From an uncultured Verrucomicrobiae bacterium (GTDB lineage Bacteria; Verrucomicrobiota; Verrucomicrobiia; Chthoniobacterales; UBA10450): a DNA stretch of 64,000 nt. The position numbers and the translations under genes were made by a program. The stretch spans positions 2,114,227 through 2,178,226 of the forward strand of contig OY970345.1 in assembly GCA_963717545.1 (NCBI GenBank), given 5' to 3'. This document shows positions 55,334 through 64,000 of the stretch, piece after piece; within the stretch, counting starts at the first letter, position 1; the number at the start of each line of letters is the position of its first letter. The notes beneath the pieces were generated by a model. The model made no database searches. It saw only the letters and a program-made list of their open reading frames with translations, and had not been told where the DNA came from.

Positions 55334-56111
55334 ATTCGCGGACGGCGACAATCGAGGAGCGCTCTTCGTCGCGATCCCCGTACATGTAACGATATTTCGC
55401 CCGGTTCACTTTTTCGATCGTGAATCCGAGCATTCCGAAAATTTCGCGGTAAACGGCGAGCGAATAAACCCACCAGGTGAAGTCGGCCTCCGGATTGTTG
55501 GCCCGGCCTTCGAAACGCGCGATCGGCTGGTCGGTCTCCAGCAGGGGCGTTACCACAACCATGCGTTCCTTCGTTAGACGCGCGACGGAGCCGAGAGCGC
55601 TGACCGGGTCGCTCAAATGTTCCAGGACCGAGCCAACGAGCGTCACATCGAATTCGCCGAGCTCCGCCGGCAGATTGTAAATATCCCCGTAAAAAACCTC
55701 CGCTTTCGACCCGAGCAGGCGATGGCTGAGCCAGTAAGCATTTTTCCAACGCTCGATTTCCGTCCGGTATTGCTCGGCCCAGCGCGCCCGGTCGCGATAG
55801 TAGAGTTTGTCTTTGAAGGGCAGAAATGTTTGGTCGGCGCCGTCGCTCTGGTCGAACGATACCACCCGCGATGCCCCGCGCTTTTCCGCTTCGAAACTTA
55901 GGAAACCGGTCGCGGTGCCGATATCGAGAACCGATTTCCCCGCAACCTTGACGCCGCCCACGTAATCATCGAAACGCCCTCGCAAATCCCAGTGCGCCCG
56001 GATGAGGCCGAAGCCCGGCAGTTCCATCGCATGATAAAAGAAACAATCCTCGAGGCGTTCGATAAATCGCGGCGGGGCGAGGAACTGGGCACGATCGGGC
56101 GCGGCACTCAT
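55326..56111 (-). CDS. class I SAM-dependent methyltransferase
   Basis: Start taken as ATG 56111, which forms an ATGA overlap with the YfhO stop. Motif I VLDIGTATGFLS and FDVTLVGSVLEHL. Confidence 0.75.
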   Translation of the reverse strand: MSAAPDRAQFLAPPRFIERLEDCFFYHAMELPGFGLIRAHWDLRGRFDDYVGGVKVAGKSVLDIGTATGFLSFEAEKRGASRVVSFDQSDGADQTFLPFKDKLYYRDRARWAEQYRTEIERWKNAYWLSHRLLGSKAEVFYGDIYNLPAELGEFDVTLVGSVLEHLSDPVSALGSVARLTKERMVVVTPLLETDQPIARFEGRANNPEADFTWWVYSLAVYREIFGMLGFTIEKVNRAKYRYMYGDRDEERSSIVAVRESR

Positions 56112-59083
56112 GCTGGCGATTCGGGAGGACGGCTGTTCATCCATATGAGTAATAACATCACGGATAGGCCTGAGACGAGCAGACCGATCAGGACCGACGC
56201 GGGTTGATACGAAAAGGCGACGACATGTCTTCCGGCGGGAAGAGCGACGCCCCGCTGGTTGTAGTTCACCCGCATGAGGCGCGCCGCGCGGCCGTCCACT
56301 TCCGCTCGCCAGCCCGGATAATAATTATCAGCGAGCACCAAGAGCGACGGCGTGAACGAGTCCGTCGCGACCTGAACCCGGTTTGGCGTTCGGCCAGTGA
56401 TCTCCGCCCGGCCTGGCGGCGGTTTGTCGTTCGGGAAAGCAACGCCGGACGAACCTTCGACGAGCGCTTCATCGAGCGGCTGCCACTTCGTCGCGGCGGA
56501 AATTTTTCCGGTGCGAATAATTTCGAGTTGCTGCGGCCCCGACGCGACCCGCTCCGAGTTCGCCAGCCAAACCCGGGGAAGGGCGCGCAGGTTTTCGAAA
56601 ATGGCGACGGGACCGGCATCGACGACGTGTTTCCAACGCGGGCCGGCGGCATCAATATTCGCCACTGCGGGTTGGGGTTGGAACGTCGTCAGCGTGATCC
56701 ATTCTTTTTGAATTGCGCGCGCGGCTTCGCCATTGAGGAGCGACATCCGGCCGACGCTGAGCGATAAGCGCGGCGCTTCCTCGACCGGAACAAGCGTGAT
56801 CTCGCCGCCAACGATCATCGCCGGGACCGGCAAATCGAAGGCAGCGATGTAATCGTGTCCCTCGAATTTCGGCTGGGCATCCTCGACAACGTAACTGGTC
56901 GCGATCGGCGCGCGTTTATGTTTGATGCGGGCATTCGTGTCGCCGCGGTCGTGGGCCCACTCCGACGAGTGCTGGCCAGCGCGCAATTCGAAATCGAATT
57001 TCGTTCCATCGTTCGCGCGCAATCGAATTCGCGCGACCACGGTTCCGTCGCGGACGGTCTCGGACCACGCGAGCGTGCTCGTCAGCGCGAAGCAACGCGT
57101 TTCAGTGGCAGGGACCTGAAACGCGAGTTGGTCTCTCGCGACGAGGTTCGGCAAATTGAGTTGTCCTTTTGCGAATTTTTGGCCGCCGTAGATTTCAGTG
57201 GCCGGGACTTCCGGGGCGGCAACGATGGGCTGTTTGGTCCGAGGGGCGGCCGGCGATCGGACAAGCAGATAACGCACATTCAGCAAATCGAGCTCGCGAC
57301 TCTCGCTTCGCAATGTCCGCTCCGGGTCGGTCAGATCACCCCAGACTTTCATATCGCCCGCGAGCTTGCTGTAACGCGCCAGACCGAAGCCTTCGTAGCC
57401 GGCTGCATTTTCCCACCCCCACATCATTGGAATGTCCGGCTGAAGCGCTGGCAGCCAGACTTCCACCGGCGCCGCGTAGGAAACCGGTTCCTCCGGATCG
57501 AAGAGATGGTCCTGGGTGAGAATCCGATAAGGGGCGGCCGGATCTGGTTTCGCATTTTCACGCAAGAATTTGAAGGCTGCCGGCTCGCTCCAGATTTCCG
57601 ATTGCGCGGTCGGACTTGCAGTCCGCCACCCGCTGAATTGTCCCCAGAGGTTAAGGTCGAGGTAGGCAACGCCAAGAAGGAGGATTGTCGAAACGGTCCC
57701 TCGGCGTGCGGCGGCGAACCAGAGCGCAGCCGCGCTAAGGATGGAAAGGACCGGCGGCAGGAATAATTCGGGCGCGCGCAGAACAGTGACCGGTGCGCTG
57801 CGAGCGAGGTGAAAATTGGATGGCCGACCAACCGTCACGGAGAGGCAGGTGAGAACAAACAGGACGGCTCCCACGCCGACCATCCACCGGGTGATCCGCG
57901 CGCGATCGGGCGCCGCCATCATTGCCGTGAGGCCACGTCCAGCCAGCACCGCAAGCGCAAATTCGACTTCCATCAGGTGCCGGGCCGGGACCCGGAAAAG
58001 CTTCAGCACCGGAACGGCGTAGATCAGCCGGTTGAAATCGAACGGGGCGTAGCGGCCGAGCGCGAGAATAATTCCGACCACGGCAACGATCGTCCAAAAA
58101 ATCGTTCGTCCATCCCGTTTCAGAATTAACGCGGCCAGGGCAAGAGCGAGGGTGATCAATCCGACATAGCCGACGTACTCCGCGTAGAAGGAGGGCCCGA
58201 CGTAGGGCGCGCGAAAAAGATTTCCGTCGCCACCACCAACCAAGTAAGGCGCGAAGAAGGTCGTGAGGAATCCGCGTGGCATGCTGAACGAAGTGAAGAA
58301 ATCGTACGACGCCGCCGAACGCAGACTGAAGCGCAGCAGCTCGACGGTTGGGATCACCTGGACAGCAGCGAGCGTCAGTCCCGCGACGATCAGGAGAAGG
58401 GACCAGAGATAAGTTCGCGCGCGCCGGATGCGCCACATCGCGAGTGCGTACATCGCCGCGACCATGAGCGAATAGGCGAATGTCTGCTGATGTCCGGCGA
58501 AACATTGGAGCGCGACGATGGCGGCGAGGAGTGCGCCGCGACGGCGGTCGCCGGTTTCTCCATAACTTTCCAGCGCCCAGAACAACCACGGCAGAACCGC
58601 GGCAGTTTGAGCAATGTTAGTGTGCCCGATCTGCGCCACCAGAAAAGCGCTCGCCTGCCAGACCAGACTCGTTAGGCCAGCGCCGGCCAAGCTCGATCCG
58701 CTCCGTCGCGCAAAGAGGTAGGCCCCAAGGGCGGCGACCATGTAGGTCGAGAGCATCATCAGATTCGTCGCCAGGGGCACCGGGCAGACGAGGAAGAACC
58801 AATTGAGCGGAAAGAGAACGCCGGCCTGGGCCGCGCCCAGAAGCGGCATCCCGCAAAAGAGAGAGGAGTTCCAGAGCGGAACGAATCCGGCGTGGATCTG
58901 ACTCGCGATAGCCGCGCGAAATGGGACGTTTTGAATGATCCCGTCGTCCGGCGAAATAATGAGCCGACCGCGCGTCGCCGGAAAAAAATAGAGGAGCGGG
59001 AGCAGCGTAACGAGGATCGCGACCATGGTGCCAGGCGCACGAAGCCGCTCCCTAATCGACGTTTTTGCTGGCACGGAGTCCAT
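56108..59083 (-). CDS. YfhO-family large membrane (glycosyl)transferase
   Basis: Start taken as ATG 59083 (MDSVPAKTS...). 991 aa. N-terminal blocks SPDDGIIQNVPFRAAIASQIHAGFVPLWNSSLFCGMPLLG are as recalled for YfhO. About 13 helices, then a large C-terminal extracytoplasmic domain and a final helix. Confidence 0.7.
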   Translation of the reverse strand: MDSVPAKTSIRERLRAPGTMVAILVTLLPLLYFFPATRGRLIISPDDGIIQNVPFRAAIASQIHAGFVPLWNSSLFCGMPLLGAAQAGVLFPLNWFFLVCPVPLATNLMMLSTYMVAALGAYLFARRSGSSLAGAGLTSLVWQASAFLVAQIGHTNIAQTAAVLPWLFWALESYGETGDRRRGALLAAIVALQCFAGHQQTFAYSLMVAAMYALAMWRIRRARTYLWSLLLIVAGLTLAAVQVIPTVELLRFSLRSAASYDFFTSFSMPRGFLTTFFAPYLVGGGDGNLFRAPYVGPSFYAEYVGYVGLITLALALAALILKRDGRTIFWTIVAVVGIILALGRYAPFDFNRLIYAVPVLKLFRVPARHLMEVEFALAVLAGRGLTAMMAAPDRARITRWMVGVGAVLFVLTCLSVTVGRPSNFHLARSAPVTVLRAPELFLPPVLSILSAAALWFAAARRGTVSTILLLGVAYLDLNLWGQFSGWRTASPTAQSEIWSEPAAFKFLRENAKPDPAAPYRILTQDHLFDPEEPVSYAAPVEVWLPALQPDIPMMWGWENAAGYEGFGLARYSKLAGDMKVWGDLTDPERTLRSESRELDLLNVRYLLVRSPAAPRTKQPIVAAPEVPATEIYGGQKFAKGQLNLPNLVARDQLAFQVPATETRCFALTSTLAWSETVRDGTVVARIRLRANDGTKFDFELRAGQHSSEWAHDRGDTNARIKHKRAPIATSYVVEDAQPKFEGHDYIAAFDLPVPAMIVGGEITLVPVEEAPRLSLSVGRMSLLNGEAARAIQKEWITLTTFQPQPAVANIDAAGPRWKHVVDAGPVAIFENLRALPRVWLANSERVASGPQQLEIIRTGKISAATKWQPLDEALVEGSSGVAFPNDKPPPGRAEITGRTPNRVQVATDSFTPSLLVLADNYYPGWRAEVDGRAARLMRVNYNQRGVALPAGRHVVAFSYQPASVLIGLLVSGLSVMLLLIWMNSRPPESPA

Positions 59084-59085
59084 GA

Positions 59086-61012
59086 GTGGGATCAAGGATT
59101 TGGTCCGTGCAAGCAGGAGTCAAGAACACGCGCACCTGGATCGGGGTCTTGACGGGTCTTGCGATCGTCGCGGCCGCGCTCTGTTTCGTCCGGATCACGA
59201 CAAATCCTCGCGGTTTTTACATCGACGAATCATCGATCGCGTATAACGCGCATACCATCGCGCGCACCGGCGCCGACGAGAGCGGGGTGCGCTGGCCGCT
59301 CTATTTTTGCGCCTTCGGCGACTACAAGAACCCGGTCTATATCTACATTTTGGCGGCCGTCTTTCGCCTTACCGGTCCCGGCGTGCTGGGGCCGCGATTG
59401 CTCAGCGCGATCTTTGTTGTCCTCGCGGCCGGGGCCTTCGGCTGCCTCGCCTGGCGGCTCACGCGATCGCGCATCATTTTCCTTCTCACCGTCATCTTCG
59501 CGCTGTTAACGCCGTGGCTGTTTGAGGTCGGACGCGTGGCGATGGAGGTCGCCATCTATCCGCTGGCCTGCGGGCTGTTCCTGCTTTGTCTCCACCGCGC
59601 GAGCGCAAAAAATAAATGGAGCGCTACCGACGTCGTCTCGATCGCCGTGACGCTCGCGCTGCTCACCTACGCTTACTCGATCGGTCGCGTGTTCGCGCCA
59701 CTTCTGGCCCTGGGGCTCGGATTTTTTTGGACACGCGAACGCTGGCGAAGCCTGCTCGCGACGGGGTTCGCCTACGGTCTGCTGGTTTGTCCGATTTTGC
59801 TTTTCTCGATCAAGCATCCGACGGCGTTGGTCGAGCGTTTCAGCGTCATCACGTATTTCACACCGAACATCGGTCTCGTGGAAGCGGTCACCGAATTCGC
59901 CAAACATTACCTGGCGAATTTGAATCCGTGGCGACTTCTCGTGACGGGCGATCCCAATCCCGACCAGGTCGTCCACGTGTTCGGGACGCCGCATTTTCTC
60001 GCGCCGGTGCTCGTGTTTACAGTCGCCGGAATCGTCGTCGCGCTCCAGCGCGCAAAACGCGAATCCTGGTCCCGGTTTCTCCTTTACGGCTGCGCGGTGT
60101 CAATCGTGCCGGCCTCGCTCACGAATGATGCGTTCCATATGCTGCGGCTCATTGCACTCCTCGCGTTTCTGCTGGTCTTCGCGATCGAAGGGATCTGCCT
60201 GTTCCTCGCGCGGTTGAATGCCCCGGGGTGGAGAGTCGCGTTCCTCATCCTGCTCGTGTCGACCACAGTCGAGGCCGGATGGTTCCAGTGGAATTACCAC
60301 CGGACCGCGCGAACCGCGCTCCGGGTCCACCTCTTCGACGCCGAGTATCCGCGAAAAATTTTCAGACCCGCAGTCGCCTCCTCTGCGAACCCGATTTACA
60401 TCGCCGATGCGAATTGGATTCCCGGTTACATCCAGGCTTATTGGTACGGCACACTCGAGGGAATCGATCTCTCCCGCTTCCGACGGTTAGCACCCGACGC
60501 CCCCGTGCCGCTCGGCGGGCTCGTGATCACCACGGAAGATAATTGTCCCGGCTGCGAAATCCTGGCGACCGTCAAACCCTATACCCTCGCGGTCGCCAAG
60601 GAAGCTCCACCACCCCGGACCCCGCTACCGCCCGAGGCATTTCGCGCCGAGCTCTCCGTCGTCTCCGCTCCCCGCGATTTTCATCCGAAAGAAACGCGCG
60701 CCTTTGCGGGTCCGAATCAAAAACCTCAGCCCAATTACGTGGCTCGCGCGGGAAAGGGGCGGCGGACTCTATCAGGTCAGCGTCGGCAACCACTGGCTTG
60801 ACCCCAGCGGCAAAATTTTGATCAACGACGATGGCCGAAGCGCTTTGCTGCACAACCTGAAATCCGGCGAAAATACCACGGTGTTTTTGGCGGTGAACTC
60901 GCCGGCGCAGCCCGGTAATTACATTCTCGAGATCGATATGCTGGAGGAAGGAGTCTCGTGGTTCGGCCTCGTGGGGTCCAGGACGGTGCGCCTGCCGGTC
61001 GAGGTCTGGTGA
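59086..61012 (+). pseudogene. paralog of the 43093..45006 GT-C glycosyltransferase, single frameshift before the Ig-like module
   Basis: FYIDESSIAYNAH and overall colinearity with the 43093 protein. The frame changes at about 60695-60712 (…FHPKETRAF | RVRIKNLSPITW…). The module then continues in ORF 60704..61012, ending PGNYILEIDMLEEGVSWFG. Confidence 0.65.
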
Positions 61013-61016
61013 CCTG

Positions 61017-62936
61017 CTAGCGCGCCAGAATTTTGAGCGGCGGACGAGCAGGCTCGACCAGCGACCTCGCCGGCCGAATTCCCCCGTCGGCGAATGCGGT
61101 CACATTTGCCAATTGTTCGGCCATGCGCAGGCCGGCTGCTCTCAACGACAGTTTTTGTTTCACTTCGTCGCGTCCTTTGGCGCCGAGCTCGGCCGCGGCC
61201 GCGCGATTCTCGAAACAGTAACGCATCTGCGACGCGGCATGCTCAATCGACGGTTCCGCCCAGTGGTTCCCCGCCTTGTAAATCGGATTGTCCGACGCGA
61301 TCTCGGTGAGCTCGTAGTCGACAAGCAAACTGTTTCCGGGATGCATGAAAGCGAGATTGCCGGAGTAATTCGTGCCGATCGCCGGTTTCCCCATCAACAT
61401 CGCTTCCGCGAGACAAAGGCCGAAACCTTCGGCGCGATGGAGCGAGACGAAGCAATCGCACATTTCAATGAACCCGTAGGCGCGCGCCCGTGAAAGCACT
61501 TCGTCCACCAGAACCACGCCGGCCGCGCGCGCTGCTTCCTCCAACTGCGCGAACGCTTCCGGATGGGAACGGCCGCGGCTGACCTTGACGACGAGCGTCG
61601 CCTTCTCGCGCGGACCAAATGCGCGCCGGAACGCCTCGATCACCGCGAGGGGATTCTTGCGCACCATTTGGCTGCACATGTCGAACATGAAAAGGAAAAC
61701 GTAATTCCCCGCCGGAATCCCGAGGTCAGCCTTCGCGACCGGCTCGATCTCGCCCAGCTCCACGCCCGGCAACACTTCGTGAACCGGCAGCGGCATTCGT
61801 TTTCGAAACGCGTCGGCCACGAATTGGGTCGGCGCCCAGATGCAATCGAGGAGCGGCGTGAGATCGACCCATTCTTCGGGAATCGCGTCGAGTTCCCACG
61901 CCCAATAGGCGACACGATAAACGCCTGAACGGCGGAGCAACCCTCCCCGCTCGTAGGCCACCGAGAAATACGGTTGCGGCGAGACGTTGATGATCGTGAC
62001 CGGGAAAACCTCGAGCCCGAGAAACGGCGCGCGATCTTCCACATCGAAACAGGGGAACGCGGAAACGTCGCGACACGAGACCCGAAAATCCGCGAGCTCG
62101 AGCGCACGCTTGGCAAAGAGCGCGGCCTGCTGAATGCCGGAGGGATAACTGAAGTGGCTGAGAATGTTTACGCCGCGCGGCACTTCGCGGCGCCCGTTGG
62201 CGGACGAACCATTCGGCGGGTGCAATAGCATCTCTTCGGCGGCAGGAACTGCGGCATCGAGTGCCGTCGCGGAAGCAAAAGCAGCGTAACCGGGAAACTC
62301 GCAGCGCAACCAGGCGAGGAATTCCTGTTTCCCAGTCGAAGTGGGACCGGCTGGAAAGCGTTGCTGCCAGGAGAGATTAATCAGCCAGGTTTTCAGGACC
62401 ATTTGCGGGACCTGCTCCGCGGTCTCGTGGAGGAACCAGAGAATCTCGGCAGCGCTGAGATTGTGTTTGGCCCGGCCTTCGCGGAGGAGCCATTTCACGA
62501 ATCGTTTTTGTCCCACCGGCAGAAGCCCGTGCGGAAAACGCGCCTGGATTTTCGGCGAACGCAAATAAAGCTCGAGGACTCGCTTGCCTGGGTCGCGACG
62601 GAACGCGGTGCAAATATTTTCGACGGCGCGATGCGACAGCCCGAGCTTCACCGCCGCGCTTGTGGAGAGCCATTCGCAGTAGGCGCCTTCTTCGCCTTCG
62701 GAGATCGCGTTCGGAAAACGGCGCCGCAGTGTTCGGCTGTTGCGCAACATGCCGGAAGCGAGGCGAGCCGCGCCGTCGACTGAGCCTTCCGCGTCCGCCG
62801 GCGACCACACGTTCAGGTTCGGCCCGGCCTGGTCCGCGGGAAAATGGAGGGCACGCCGCCGGTACACATCGAAGCTATCCGCGCGCTCTTCCGAACGTCG
62901 TTTCGCGAAAGGAAAAATAGCGTGGAGAAGCTTCAC
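61017..62936 (-). CDS. glycosyltransferase family 4 (GT-B) with ~270-aa N-terminal extension
   Basis: The C-terminal half carries SLHRAEGFGLCLAEAMLMGKPAIGTNYSGNLAFM (the E-x7-E region). The N-terminal region is unassigned. Confidence 0.75.
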   Translation of the reverse strand: MKLLHAIFPFAKRRSEERADSFDVYRRRALHFPADQAGPNLNVWSPADAEGSVDGAARLASGMLRNSRTLRRRFPNAISEGEEGAYCEWLSTSAAVKLGLSHRAVENICTAFRRDPGKRVLELYLRSPKIQARFPHGLLPVGQKRFVKWLLREGRAKHNLSAAEILWFLHETAEQVPQMVLKTWLINLSWQQRFPAGPTSTGKQEFLAWLRCEFPGYAAFASATALDAAVPAAEEMLLHPPNGSSANGRREVPRGVNILSHFSYPSGIQQAALFAKRALELADFRVSCRDVSAFPCFDVEDRAPFLGLEVFPVTIINVSPQPYFSVAYERGGLLRRSGVYRVAYWAWELDAIPEEWVDLTPLLDCIWAPTQFVADAFRKRMPLPVHEVLPGVELGEIEPVAKADLGIPAGNYVFLFMFDMCSQMVRKNPLAVIEAFRRAFGPREKATLVVKVSRGRSHPEAFAQLEEAARAAGVVLVDEVLSRARAYGFIEMCDCFVSLHRAEGFGLCLAEAMLMGKPAIGTNYSGNLAFMHPGNSLLVDYELTEIASDNPIYKAGNHWAEPSIEHAASQMRYCFENRAAAAELGAKGRDEVKQKLSLRAAGLRMAEQLANVTAFADGGIRPARSLVEPARPPLKILAR

Positions 62937-63056
62937 AGGATCGAAACAATAATTTTCGCGGGCCGCGCCGGAATGCTCGCTATTTTCGAGGCGGGCGCAA
63001 GCAAAACGCCCCAGCCCGCGTTGGCGAGCTGGGGCGAAAGCTTTCCAGTAATCGGC

Positions 63057-64000
63057 TTACGGTCCGAAGCGCTGCCGATACTCGCTCGAGCTGATGAAGG
63101 CCTTCACCATCTCCGACTCGATGAAGTTGCCGCCGAACGAATTGAGTTTGCCAAGCCAGAAGTTAAACCCGGCCGTATCCGCATCGCGCCGGAGGTAACC
63201 GAAGTATTCCATCGTGACGAAGGCGGCATTGTACTCGCGTGCCTTCAGGAAGTTAAACTCCGACACCTTCCTCAGGACGGTCGCCCGGGTTTCGGTCGCT
63301 CCGTTCAAACCGGCGACGAGCGCGTCCCGGAACGGCTGCGTTGCCGGGAAATTGCCGCGGATTTCGCCGCCACCGAACTGGGTCGTGTGGAAGTTAATGT
63401 AGGCGTGACCATTGCGGATGTTATCCAGCTGCGCGGCCAGGGTAGTGGCGTTGCCCTCCGGCGCGTCCCATTTGGCGCTGACGTTGGCACCGACGCCGAA
63501 AGGCACGGGCGTCACCACCGCGTCATTCGGATTGTTGTCATTGAAGGGTGTTCCGATGAAGCCCCAGACGACCGGGCCATTAACTCCGGACGTCACTGAC
63601 GGACCGGCGTGGATATGTGCATTCGTGAGGTTGTCGTTCGTGTCCGCTGATTGCGAACCGGTGAAGTCGAGATTGTTGATCGTTGCGGTCAGGGTCAGCG
63701 CCGTGAAGGCGGCGTTGAACTGAAAGCGTGCTGTTCCGAACGACGAAGCTCGCCGCACATTCGAGGTGGTTGTGGGATGGGTGGGCGGCACCTCCTGCGA
63801 GTTGGTCAGGTTAACGCTAAAGTCGCTCGGCGACAGGCCGGCGGACGCCAGCAGATTGTCGACGTACTGATCGTTCGTGAGCGTGGCCGGATATTTAGAA
63901 ACAAATTCCGGTCGCGTCACAAACTCATTGTAATAGGCAACCTTGTTCTGCTCCGCCCGGGTGTCCGAACCCGGCTGCCCGAAGATCACGCCGTTATTTA
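63057..64000 (-). CDS. CHRD-domain protein with C-terminal DUF4214-like module (5' end outside the window)
   Basis: The ORF remains open to the window edge. CHRD blocks NAHIHAGP...GPVVWGF and GHAYINFHTTQFGGGEIRGNF are present. The tail is EYFGYLRRDADTAGFNFWLGKL...AFISSSEYRQRFGP. Confidence 0.65.
   Translation of the reverse strand, partial: NNGVIFGQPGSDTRAEQNKVAYYNEFVTRPEFVSKYPATLTNDQYVDNLLASAGLSPSDFSVNLTNSQEVPPTHPTTTSNVRRASSFGTARFQFNAAFTALTLTATINNLDFTGSQSADTNDNLTNAHIHAGPSVTSGVNGPVVWGFIGTPFNDNNPNDAVVTPVPFGVGANVSAKWDAPEGNATTLAAQLDNIRNGHAYINFHTTQFGGGEIRGNFPATQPFRDALVAGLNGATETRATVLRKVSEFNFLKAREYNAAFVTMEYFGYLRRDADTAGFNFWLGKLNSFGGNFIESEMVKAFISSSEYRQRFGP

Overview
High-GC (about 60%) bacterial chromosomal segment. 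All calls rest on my reading of the sequence and on remembered family motifs; no searches or folding programs were run. The gene content (Cys-type sulfatases plus FGE, a GxxExxY gene, DUF-rich envelope genes, characteristic intergenic hairpins) suggests a soil Verrucomicrobiota/PVC-like organism, but that is inference only. I call about 50 protein genes (mostly on the minus strand) and one tRNA-Leu(UAG). I saw no rRNA, CRISPR array, transposase, integrase or phage genes. Layout: 0-2 kb holds a radical-SAM fragment, then broken lgt and YukJ-like genes next to the tRNA. 2-11 kb holds SDR/gluconokinase and an envelope cluster (DUF4105, L,D-transpeptidase, lipoprotein hydrolase, DUF2950/DUF3300). 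11-22 kb holds a decayed PLD gene, an AI-2E transporter, SthA, a YiaW/YiaV-like adaptor pair with a NodT outer-membrane factor, and small secreted proteins. 22.9-31.8 kb holds three sulfatases, FGE and two outer-membrane barrels. 32-43 kb holds three paralogous sensor kinase/receiver modules, a GxxExxY gene and aquaporin Z. 43-63 kb is an unusually GT-C-rich glycosylation/methylation locus, followed by a partial CHRD protein. Main observations: (1) that glycan locus, whose proteins share two C-terminal modules; (2) a modular intergenic repeat family, combining a near-palindromic GGACC-TT-GGTC box upstream of at least 9 minus-strand genes with a long hairpin built from AACRGAG sub-repeats (10 copies); (3) one REPIN-like GTAG-headed REP pair; (4) five disrupted genes, two of which (lgt and PLD) alternate between two reading frames.
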